57,155 bases of DNA from Bacillota bacterium. GTDB lineage: Bacteria; Bacillota; UBA994; UBA5500. Under the pieces are notes generated by a model that was given only the letters and a program-made list of their open reading frames with translations, did no database searches and was not told the origin of the DNA. The position numbers and the translations under genes are program-made. The DNA lies in assembly GCA_041686915.1 (NCBI GenBank), contig JAWLDB010000003.1, forward strand, positions 1 through 57,155, given 5' to 3'. This document shows positions 45,523 to 53,707 of the stretch, piece after piece (positions within the stretch are counted from its first letter, which is position 1; every line of letters begins with the position of its first letter).

Positions 45523-46089
45523 ATGCTAAAAATCTTGTGGGAATTGTTTATAGGTTTTACCCGTATTGGCCTGTTGGGGTTTGGTGGTGGACCGTCGTTC
45601 ATACCACTGGTCAAGATAGAGGCCGTTGAGAACTTCAACTGGATGACTGCTGAGGAGTTCGCTGAAGCCTTCGCAATTGGTAACACGCTGCCAGGCCCCA
45701 TCGCCACCAAAATGTCCGGATACATTGGCTACAGAGCAGCAGGTATAATAGGCGCGATAGTTAGCACTACCGCCATGATCCTACCTTCCATATTGGCTCT
45801 GGTCATCATGCTTACCTTGCTAAGCAAGTACAAGGACCTGCCAGCCCTGAAGGGTATGATTAAAGCAATTAAACCGGTTGTTGTCATTCTACTGGCGCAG
45901 GTCGTTATAGATTTCTTCCCTGGCGCCATTCTCAAGGTCGGAATGCCCGCCTGGATCATCGCCGGAATCGCTTTGGTCCTCCTGCAATTTATGAAGGTCC
46001 ATCCCGTATATGTCATCCTTGGAACTCTGGCCTACGGAGCTATCCAGGGGACTTATGCCGAGGCGATTGCCGGGTTCTTCCGCAAATAG
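45523..46089 (+). CDS. Chromate-transporter (CHR) family protein, short single-domain form
   Basis: FGGGPSFIPL and GNTLPGPIATK motifs. 188 aa. Confidence 0.8.
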   Translation: MLKILWELFIGFTRIGLLGFGGGPSFIPLVKIEAVENFNWMTAEEFAEAFAIGNTLPGPIATKMSGYIGYRAAGIIGAIVSTTAMILPSILALVIMLTLLSKYKDLPALKGMIKAIKPVVVILLAQVVIDFFPGAILKVGMPAWIIAGIALVLLQFMKVHPVYVILGTLAYGAIQGTYAEAIAGFFRK

Positions 46090-46092
46090 GCG

Positions 46093-46123
46093 AAAAAAGA
46101 CGCGCCCGACTAGGGCGCGTTTC
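46093..46123. terminator. Probable terminator hairpin
   Basis: A-run, ACGCGCCC-gacta-GGGCGCGT, then a short T tract. Confidence 0.55.
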
Positions 46124-46359
46124 AACTTATAGGGGGAGGAGTATAAGAGAGCAGTTATCCCTCCTGCATTTAGACGTCATGGCTTGTCTGTAAGTTCCCA
46201 ACTTTTCGCGAAAAATCATAAAAACTTTGTGGATTTGAGAGGGAAATTGCTTTCTCATGGTGAACAGCAATTTGTCAGGGGTAATCTGCTCGAGGTAGGC
46301 GACGGTAGCTCTGCAGTTTGAGCTGGCAATTTTGCGATGCCTGATGGAGGAGTGGCAGC

Positions 46360-47703
46360 TTGGCTACAGAAACCAAGAAGATTTTGGTCGTGGACGATAA
46401 CAGACTGACGTTAAACATCCTGCGCAAGAGCCTGCAGGAAGCAGGCTATCAAGTTGTGAGTGCCACTAGTGGACTGGATGCTCTCAAGCAGGTTGAGAAG
46501 GAAGTTATTCATCTCATTTTGCTTGATGTTGTTATGCCCGATATGGACGGTTACGAAGTCATCCGGCAGTTACGCAATAATACCCGTACCAGCCATATCC
46601 CGATTATCCTGGTTAGTTCACGAGCCAGCTTGGCTGATAAGGTGCAAGGCTTTGAAGCGGGAGCAGACGATTATATTACCAAGCCTTTTGAGCTGCTTGA
46701 GCTCTTGGCCAGAGTGATGGCTCATATGCGCAGTGCGCGCCGAGCCCGTTCGATTAGTCCGCTTACTGGTTTGCCGGGGAATATCCGCATTGAAGACGAG
46801 TTAAAAGAGCGTGTGGAGAGTGGTGAGAAGTTCGCCGTTCTCTATGTTGATATGGACAACTTTAAGGCCTACAACGATGCCTACGGTTTTTTGCAGGGAG
46901 ACGAAGCCATTAAGCTGTTAGCCCGTACGATGGAGGACGTTGCCAGGCAATTTGGTCACAGCGATGACCTGATAGGCCACATCGGTGGAGACGATTTCGT
47001 CGTAGTAACCAGGCCTGAGGTAGTCGATGCTGTTTGCGGTGAAGTCATCACCAGGTTCGACCGCGCGATTAAGTTGATGTATGACCCGGAAGACAGAGAA
47101 CGCAACGGCGTCCTCGTTCTCGACCGCGCAGGCAGGGAAGTCCGCTATCCCGTCATTTCGCTGTCAATCGGTGTTATCAGCAACGAACACCGTGTTATCA
47201 ACAGTCATTGGGAAGTTGGGGAGATTGCGGCTGGAATAAAACACAAAGCCAAGAGTTTGCCTGGCAGTGTGTATGTGAAAGATGAACGACCACCTATAGG
47301 TAGCGTCGTTAACGGTTCTGGTTGTCGTGTGCTGGTGGTCGAAGACGATCGGCTGATTAGTGCATTGCTGCGTGGCAATCTTGAACACTGCGGATATGAG
47401 GTGGACGTTGCTGGTAGTGCCATGGCTGCTCTACAGTCGATCAAGGAACGGGTACCCGATTTGCTGGTTCTGGATGTAGTCCTACCTGGTACCTCAGGAT
47501 ACATGCTCTGCCGCAAACTAAAAGGCGACCCGCATACCAGCCAAGTCGCAGTTCTTATGGTCAGTTCCAGCGGAAATCCTGAGACCGCTGCGGAGGCAGG
47601 GGCAGACGCTTTCTTGGCCAAGCCCTTTGATATTAGAAAGCTATTGCAGGTTGTCTATGACCTTTTGCGGGAGCAAAAGCAAAAATCTGCCAACAATAAC
47701 TGA
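46360..47703 (+). CDS. Response regulator, REC-GGDEF-REC architecture (GGDDF variant)
   Basis: N-terminal REC (VVDDN...LLDVVMPDMDG...KPF). GGDEF domain (LTGLPGN, VDMDNFKAYNDAYGFLQGD, HIGGDDFVV). Second REC (VVEDD...LDVVLPGTSG...KPF). TTG start 9 nt after GGAGG. Confidence 0.85.
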   Translation: MATETKKILVVDDNRLTLNILRKSLQEAGYQVVSATSGLDALKQVEKEVIHLILLDVVMPDMDGYEVIRQLRNNTRTSHIPIILVSSRASLADKVQGFEAGADDYITKPFELLELLARVMAHMRSARRARSISPLTGLPGNIRIEDELKERVESGEKFAVLYVDMDNFKAYNDAYGFLQGDEAIKLLARTMEDVARQFGHSDDLIGHIGGDDFVVVTRPEVVDAVCGEVITRFDRAIKLMYDPEDRERNGVLVLDRAGREVRYPVISLSIGVISNEHRVINSHWEVGEIAAGIKHKAKSLPGSVYVKDERPPIGSVVNGSGCRVLVVEDDRLISALLRGNLEHCGYEVDVAGSAMAALQSIKERVPDLLVLDVVLPGTSGYMLCRKLKGDPHTSQVAVLMVSSSGNPETAAEAGADAFLAKPFDIRKLLQVVYDLLREQKQKSANNN

Positions 47704-47726
47704 TGGGTGTCAACAACTCCATACAC

Positions 47727-47758
47727 AAAACCTGCCCCAATGGGCAGGTTTGTTTTTG
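47727..47758. terminator. Bidirectional terminator hairpin
   Basis: AAAACCTGCCC-caat-GGGCAGGTTT followed by GTTTTT. Confidence 0.85.
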
Positions 47759-47795
47759 CCTCTGTTCGCATAGATATGGCACACTGATGCACTGC

Positions 47796-48239
47796 TCATT
47801 CGGGTTCCTCAAATGAGGTGGTAGCCCCCTTCGGACTTGCTCGATGGCCGCCAAACAGCGACAGTATGTAATCGTCTGATCCCGCAGGTAGCTGCAAGGC
47901 TCTTGTATATGGCGGAAAACAGATCAGATTGGAAGCTGCATTGTAGTAACAGGCTATCTCACCTTGTTCAGTAGTCAGTGTGATACAGTATTCCCAAGGA
48001 ATATCCCTGATCTCAGTATAGGGCTTTGATTGTCTAAGTATGCGGATGATGCTACCCATCTCCATAGCTGATAACCAGCGGGCGGTTTCGTCTGCCATGC
48101 GGGTTATGCAGACAGCTTCCAGAGACAACCCGGGTTTCGACTTGGACATTGCATCTGCAACTACCTGTTCTGGGATACCACATAATACTACCACCGCTAG
48201 TGTTACTACTAACAAGGCTCTGTGCGCTTGCATCATCAT
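47796..48239 (-). CDS. Secreted/lipoprotein-like hypothetical protein
   Basis: N-terminal signal-like segment ALLVVTLAVVVLCG. AAGGAGGGAG SD. Confidence 0.6.
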   Translation of the reverse strand: MMMQAHRALLVVTLAVVVLCGIPEQVVADAMSKSKPGLSLEAVCITRMADETARWLSAMEMGSIIRILRQSKPYTEIRDIPWEYCITLTTEQGEIACYYNAASNLICFPPYTRALQLPAGSDDYILSLFGGHRASPKGATTSFEEPE

Positions 48240-48375
48240 CTGAACTCCCTCCTTTTCAACAGCATCTGAAGCCAGGTACTTTCTTATACTCAGTTCCCTG
48301 TGCTGAGCCTTAAAGGGAATATCACCCAGAAAGTCGAATTAGTTGCATGTGCGGAGAGTTTGGAGGCGATTACAG

Positions 48376-50211
48376 ATGAGTATTTCAAAAATGCTCTTTC
48401 CTATGCAAATAACCCGTCGCATCTATATTTGGATTTGTCTTCTGGTAATCTGCACCACGGCTGTACAGGTAGTGGTAGTGCGCGGCAGCTTCCTCAGTGC
48501 GGAAAAAGTAGAGCGTGAGAAAGTGCTCTTGCGGGTCGCAAGCTCCCTCGAAAGACATCTGCAGAATGATGTCATCAGTCAGTTATTGGCACTAGATGCT
48601 GCAGAACTCCCGGTTGACGCGCAGGTTTCAACCTTGAACCGGGAACTTCAGCCTGTATTGGATAGGACTGCGCTGAACCATCCGGACCTTGGTATTGGCG
48701 TTTACTCAATCAAGCTTGACAGCGTGCTCGCAATTTGGCCCTTTGACTCTCAGCTTTTGACGAGTGTATCCAAGGACCTTCCATATTTTAACTGTTATCA
48801 GACCGGAGAACCGGATGTCATTCAAACTACCACTTCTCTATCGAGGGATGGATCAGCTATCATGGCTGTCACTTATCCCATCAAGCTGCATGGGGAAGTC
48901 ATCGGCCATACCTGGGCTAACGTGAAGATGAACGACGTCTATGCAGCAGCCTGGCAGAACGCTGCCCGTACCGTTCTGACCGGGACGATGCTTCTGATAA
49001 TCATTCTGCTAGCCACCTGGTGGTTCTTCTTGCGTTTTCAGCAGGAACTGCAAAACTTTGCTTCGGCTGTTGCTCAAGGTGAGTCGGGCCTACCCAAGGG
49101 GCTTCTGCCAGAGTTGAACCCATTGCTGGATGCCATTCAAGACCATACGCATCGCTTGGAGGAGGAGATTGCTGCTAAGAACCGCACACAGCGCGAGTTG
49201 AACAGCTTCTTCAACGCTTCTCCCGACTTGATCACGGTCTCTTCCATTCAGGGAAAGCTACAGCGGGTTAACCCGGCTGTCAAACAGATTCTGGGATATG
49301 AACCGGAAGAATACGTTAGCATCCCTTTGCTAGAGCGCACACACCCGGATGATGTTCAGTCTCTGCAAGAGACCGTCTGCTCTATTGGTAAAGGGCAAAG
49401 TGTGACACACTACGAAACCAGATACCGTTGTAAGGATGGATCCTACAAGTGGATTGCCTGGTCAGCAGTCTCCATTCTGGATGAAGGTTTGATTGTCGCA
49501 GTTGGCCGGGACATGACATCGCAGAAGCAATGGGAGAAGGACATGTTGCGCCTGGACAGGCTCAACCTGGCCGCACAGATGGCAGCGAGCATCAGCCATG
49601 AGATCAGGAATCCGATGACTACGGTTCGTGGTTATTTGCAGCTGTTTGGCAAGAAAGATGAATACCGGGCATATCGCGAGCATTTTGAACTGATGATTGA
49701 CGAACTGGACAGAGCTAATTCCATCATCAGTGAGTTCCTTTCAGTTGCTCGCAACCGTGCTACAGATTTGAAGTCGCATGACCTAAACCACCTGATCAGG
49801 TTACTGCATCCTCTGCTCCAGGCTGACGCCAATCTGGCCAAAGCTCAGACTGTGTTGCGCTTGTCGCCAGTCTCGCGGCTGCAGCTGGACGAAAAGGAGA
49901 TCAGGCAGCTTTTGCTGAACTTGGTGCGCAATGCCGTTGAAGCGATGCCTAAGGGAGGGACGGTTACTATCAGCACCTGGGAGCGGGATGGCCGCGTACT
50001 ATTGGAAGTGAAGGATGAGGGGACTGGCATACCTGAGGAAATCCAGGACAGGATCGGATCGCCGTTCTTTAGCACCAAGGACAATGGTACCGGCCTGGGG
50101 TTGGCAGTATGCTATAGAATAGTCGAGGAACACCGGGCACAAATCAGCTTTGAGAGTAGCCAACAAGGCACTGCCTTTAGGGTTTGTTTTCTATCTGATG
50201 CGCCAGACTAG
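48376..50211 (+). CDS. Sensor histidine kinase (extracytoplasmic sensor, PAS, HisKA, HATPase)
   Basis: Two TMs flank a ~190-aa loop. PAS region. H-box SHEIRNPMTTVRGY, then LVRNAVEAM, DEGTGI and GTGLGLAV. ATG 48376 lies 9 nt after GGAGG. Confidence 0.85.
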   Translation: MSISKMLFPMQITRRIYIWICLLVICTTAVQVVVVRGSFLSAEKVEREKVLLRVASSLERHLQNDVISQLLALDAAELPVDAQVSTLNRELQPVLDRTALNHPDLGIGVYSIKLDSVLAIWPFDSQLLTSVSKDLPYFNCYQTGEPDVIQTTTSLSRDGSAIMAVTYPIKLHGEVIGHTWANVKMNDVYAAAWQNAARTVLTGTMLLIIILLATWWFFLRFQQELQNFASAVAQGESGLPKGLLPELNPLLDAIQDHTHRLEEEIAAKNRTQRELNSFFNASPDLITVSSIQGKLQRVNPAVKQILGYEPEEYVSIPLLERTHPDDVQSLQETVCSIGKGQSVTHYETRYRCKDGSYKWIAWSAVSILDEGLIVAVGRDMTSQKQWEKDMLRLDRLNLAAQMAASISHEIRNPMTTVRGYLQLFGKKDEYRAYREHFELMIDELDRANSIISEFLSVARNRATDLKSHDLNHLIRLLHPLLQADANLAKAQTVLRLSPVSRLQLDEKEIRQLLLNLVRNAVEAMPKGGTVTISTWERDGRVLLEVKDEGTGIPEEIQDRIGSPFFSTKDNGTGLGLAVCYRIVEEHRAQISFESSQQGTAFRVCFLSDAPD

Positions 50212-50306
50212 TGGAGCCTGAGCCAGGAATATGATACAGTTTAATGAGAGCCTACATAGGGGATAATCGAAGGCAAGAAAGCCTTGTCGGGAAAGTTGGT
50301 GCGAAT

Positions 50307-50768
50307 GTGAAAAAGACAGTAGCTGATGTCAGGGAAATATTGAAGGAGCGTGACCTCAGACTGACTCCACAACGGGAAGCAATTCTGAGGATACTACTGC
50401 GGGGCCAAGATGACCATATGACTGCAGAGGATATATATGATCGTACACGTGATGAAGCACCTGACATAGGGTTGGCTACTATTTACCGGACCCTTGACCT
50501 CTTTGAGGAGTTAGGATTGGTTTCCCGCTTGGAGTTTGGGGCCGGCGGTCGCCGTTATGAGTTTAGTCTCGACAGGGACAAGCATTATCACCACCATTTG
50601 CTGTGTCTGGGTTGTGGGAATATCCTCGAGTTTAATGAGGATCTGCTGGATACCTTGGAGGAGACGATAGGCAAGGAGAGCGGCTTTCAGATTGTAGACC
50701 ACAGCCTGCGTTTCTTTGGTTATTGTGCCAAGTGTCAAAGTAAGAGGCGTGAAGCAAAGCATGAGTAG
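50307..50768 (+). CDS. Fur-family metalloregulator (Fur/PerR/Zur not distinguishable by eye)
   Basis: LRLTPQREAILRIL wHTH, HYHHHLLCLGCG and CAKC zinc motifs. Start at GTG 50307 gives a typical N-terminus (track start is 50244). Confidence 0.8.
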   Translation: MKKTVADVREILKERDLRLTPQREAILRILLRGQDDHMTAEDIYDRTRDEAPDIGLATIYRTLDLFEELGLVSRLEFGAGGRRYEFSLDRDKHYHHHLLCLGCGNILEFNEDLLDTLEETIGKESGFQIVDHSLRFFGYCAKCQSKRREAKHE

Positions 50769-51039
50769 CGAAGATTTAGTAAATGACAGGCACGGCCTGA
50801 TTAGACGTCTGAAACGTATTGAAGGCCAGGTGCGTGGTGTGCAGCGGATGCTGGAAGAGGAGCGCTATTGTGTAGATGTACTAGTGCAATTGGCTGCCAT
50901 TCGCGCTGGAATCGACAAGGTTGGTTTGGCCGTGATCGAAGGCCATACTCGTGGTTGCCTGCGCAGTGCTATCACCACCGGTCAAGGTGATGAGGCCATC
51001 GATGAACTGATGGATGTATTGGCTCAGTTCCTTAAATAG
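50761..51039 (+). CDS. csoR: CsoR-family copper-sensing repressor
   Basis: RLKRIEGQVRGVQRM, with the C-H-C ligand pattern (YCVDV ... GHTRGC). ATG 50761 overlaps the fur-family stop by 8 nt. Confidence 0.85.
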   Translation: MSSEDLVNDRHGLIRRLKRIEGQVRGVQRMLEEERYCVDVLVQLAAIRAGIDKVGLAVIEGHTRGCLRSAITTGQGDEAIDELMDVLAQFLK

Positions 51040-51059
51040 ACTTTGAGGGGGAAATATAG

Positions 51060-51269
51060 ATGCAAAATGCAAAGCTTAAGGTTGCCGGAATGACGTGAGG
51101 TCACTGCAAGTCCGTGGTAACGCGGGTACTGTCCGGTTTGGACGGAGTGCAATCTGTTAACATCGACCTCGCTTCCGGCATGGTGGAAGTAAGCTATGAT
51201 GCCGCCAAGGTGACTGTAGAAGCTCTTAAACAGGCAGTTCACGAAGTGGGTTATGATGTCTTAGATTAG
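51060..51269 (+). CDS. copZ: CopZ-like heavy-metal-associated domain protein with an in-frame TGA (candidate selenocysteine) at codon 13
   Basis: Not in the ORF track. ATG 51060 lies 8 nt after GAGGGGG. Translation: MQNAKLKVAGMT-[TGA 51096-51098]-GHCKSVVTRVLSGLDGVQSVNIDLASGMVEVSYDAAKVTVEALKQAVHEVGYDVLD-TAG. It is colinear with the CopZ GMxCxxC fold. selA/selB lie downstream. Confidence 0.7.
51099..51150 (+). promoter_or_regulatory. Candidate SECIS region downstream of the UGA
   Basis: Hairpin A (51109-51130): AGT-CCGTG-[GTAA]-CGCGG-(GT)-ACT. Alternative hairpin B (51128-51148): ACT-GTCC-[GGTTT]-GGAC-(GG)-AGT. Neither was validated against a SECIS model. Confidence 0.35.
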
Positions 51270-51279
51270 TTGCTCACGT

Positions 51280-51306
51280 GCCCGGCAAGCCCGGGCCTTT
51301 ATTTTT
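51280..51306 (+). terminator. Terminator-like hairpin after the CopZ-like gene
   Basis: GCCCGG-caagc-CCGGGC followed by CTTTATTTTT. Confidence 0.6.
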
Positions 51307-51337
51307 GACCAACTCTAACGACTTGGAGGTAGAAAAG

Positions 51338-52267
51338 ATGGCAGAGAATCAATTTGACGTAATCGTAGTAGGGGCCGGCCCGGCCGGGTTAACTGCAGCC
51401 CTTTATGCTGCTCGGGCTAACCTGCGTACAGTCATCTTTGAGCGACTGGCTGCAGGCGGGCAAGCGGCGACCACATTCGACATCGAAAACTATCCCGGCT
51501 TCCCACAGGGTATTGGTGGTTTTGAGTTAAGTTTTTCTATGCTGGAGCAGGCACAGAAGTTTGGAGCGGAGTTGCGTCTGGCAGAGGTGACAGCCATGGA
51601 CCTATCGGGCAACGTAAAAAAGGTAACTACCTATGAGGGTGAGCTGACAGCTACGACGGTAATCCTGGCCACAGGTGCGCGGTCCCGGCTGTTAGGTGTG
51701 CCCGGCGAAGAACGGTTGCGCGGTCGTGGCGTGTCATATTGCGCGGTTTGTGACGGAGCCTTCTTCCGCGACAAAGTTGTTGCTGTGGTAGGCGGTGGTG
51801 ACTCGGCTGTAGAAGAGGCCGTTTATCTGACCCGTTATGCCAGCAACGTTCACCTGTTGGTTCGTCGCGATGCACTGCGTGCTACTCCGGTTGTGCAGGC
51901 CAAGCTTAAAGGCCACCCTAAGATAGAGATTCATTGGAATACTGCCATTGATGACATCCTGGGAGAAGATAGGGTTACCGGGCTTAGGTTAAAGGATACC
52001 GTGTCCGGCGAGTTGCGTACAATGGATGCTGACGGAGTGTTTGTCTACATCGGGCTCCTGCCAAACAATGAAGGGTTTCGTGAACTGGTCAAGCTTGATG
52101 ACCACGGATATATCATCACCGATGAGAATATGCAGACCAGCCTGCCAGGCGTGTTTGCAGCCGGTGATATTCGCCAAAAGAGTCTGCGCCAGGTGGCAAC
52201 AGCCGTTGGCGATGGCGCTATCGCTGGAGTCGCCGTGCAACGCTATCTAGAAGAGCTGGAGCACTAG
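51338..52267 (+). CDS. trxB: Thioredoxin-disulfide reductase
   Basis: GAGPAG FAD motif, redox CAVCDG, GGGDSA NADPH motif. ATG 51338 follows GGAGG. Confidence 0.9.
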   Translation: MAENQFDVIVVGAGPAGLTAALYAARANLRTVIFERLAAGGQAATTFDIENYPGFPQGIGGFELSFSMLEQAQKFGAELRLAEVTAMDLSGNVKKVTTYEGELTATTVILATGARSRLLGVPGEERLRGRGVSYCAVCDGAFFRDKVVAVVGGGDSAVEEAVYLTRYASNVHLLVRRDALRATPVVQAKLKGHPKIEIHWNTAIDDILGEDRVTGLRLKDTVSGELRTMDADGVFVYIGLLPNNEGFRELVKLDDHGYIITDENMQTSLPGVFAAGDIRQKSLRQVATAVGDGAIAGVAVQRYLEELEH

Positions 52268-52282
52268 AGGAGGGTGGTCTGC

Positions 52283-53707
52283 ATGTCCAAACAGGAACAG
52301 CAGATGCTGTTGCGCAGGCTGCCTGCCGTCGACACAGTGCTACGCATGAGCGAGACTGATCGGATAATTGCACAGTACGGTAGCACTCAGGTGACACAGC
52401 AACTGCGCCAGCTGACGGATGATTGGAGAAAGCAAATCTTGTCAGGAGAGCTAAACGGTACAGCTTTCGACGCACAACTAGCTGCGCTCCATCAGCAGCT
52501 GACACAGCGCCTGTTGCGTGCTAACCGTTCTAGCTTGCGTCCGGTAATCAATGCTACCGGCATCATCATCCATACCAACTTAGGCCGTTCGCTGCTACCT
52601 GATGTCGCTCGCGAACAGATTAATGCAGTCGCCAGTGCCTACTCTACTTTGGAAGTGGACGTGGAAACTGGTGATCGCGGCTCGCGCTACTCGCATGTAG
52701 TGGATCTGCTGACAGAGTTGACCGGCGCAGAAGATGCCATCGTAGTCAATAACAATGCTGGGGCAGTGCTGCTGGTGCTAGGCGCGCTAGCCCAAGGACA
52801 GCAAGTAATCGTCTCGAGAGGGCAGCTGGTGGAAATCGGCGGTTCATTCCGCATTCCGGAAGTGATGGAGCAGAGCGGCTGTCAATTGGTAGAGGTGGGA
52901 GCCACAAATAAGACACATTTGTTTGACTATGAGCGTGCCATCCGGCCTGAGACTGCTGCCCTGCTGAAAGTGCACACCAGCAATTACCGCATGGTGGGTT
53001 TCACTCAGGAAGTGTCGAGTGAGGATATGGTCAAACTAGCCCATGAGCGAGGCTTGCTAGCTCTCGAGGATTTGGGTAGCGGAGTGCTGATCAACCTTGA
53101 GAAGCTCGGGCACATTCATGAGCCGACAGTGCAGGAAGCACTGCAGGCAGGGATGGACATCGTTACGTTCAGCGGAGATAAACTCTTGGGCGGCCCGCAA
53201 GCAGGGGTTATTGTCGGAAAGGCTGACCTGATTAGGCGCATCCGCAAGCACCCGCTCACCAGAGCGCTTCGCATAGATAAGCTTACACTGGCAGGCTTGG
53301 AGGCTACACTGCGCCTGTATAGAGATGAAGCGAACGCAGTGCACCAAATCCCTACACTACGCATGCTCGCTGCAACGGCGGAAGAACTGATGTGTAAAGC
53401 CAGGCAGCTGCAGACGGAGTTAGCGGAACTGATTGGTGACCTGGCAAAGGTTGATGCGGTGGACAGCGTGGCCCAAGTGGGCGGAGGATCACTCCCTGGT
53501 TATGAGTTTCCCAGCGCAGCCGTAGCCATAGTGCCGAAAGAGATGAGTGCCAATAGTCTTGAGGCAGCGTTACGGTTGGGTAATGCCGCGGTATTTAGCC
53601 GTATCTACCGGGAACAAGTACTGCTCGACGTTCGTACCTTGCAACCCGGCGAGGACACGATTGTGCGCGATGCAGTTGTCGCTGCGTTACAGGGGGTAGG
53701 GGTATGA
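52283..53707 (+). CDS. selA: L-seryl-tRNA(Sec) selenium transferase
   Basis: 474 aa. N-terminus LLRRLPAVDTVL and PLP-lysine block FSGDKLLGGPQAG. ATG 52283 follows GGAGGG. Confidence 0.9.
   Translation: MSKQEQQMLLRRLPAVDTVLRMSETDRIIAQYGSTQVTQQLRQLTDDWRKQILSGELNGTAFDAQLAALHQQLTQRLLRANRSSLRPVINATGIIIHTNLGRSLLPDVAREQINAVASAYSTLEVDVETGDRGSRYSHVVDLLTELTGAEDAIVVNNNAGAVLLVLGALAQGQQVIVSRGQLVEIGGSFRIPEVMEQSGCQLVEVGATNKTHLFDYERAIRPETAALLKVHTSNYRMVGFTQEVSSEDMVKLAHERGLLALEDLGSGVLINLEKLGHIHEPTVQEALQAGMDIVTFSGDKLLGGPQAGVIVGKADLIRRIRKHPLTRALRIDKLTLAGLEATLRLYRDEANAVHQIPTLRMLAATAEELMCKARQLQTELAELIGDLAKVDAVDSVAQVGGGSLPGYEFPSAAVAIVPKEMSANSLEAALRLGNAAVFSRIYREQVLLDVRTLQPGEDTIVRDAVVAALQGVGV

Noticed and set aside
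51024-51242. 72-aa minus-strand ORF
   Set aside because: It is the antisense shadow of the CopZ-like frame. It has no SD, and the + strand translation gives a complete HMA domain.
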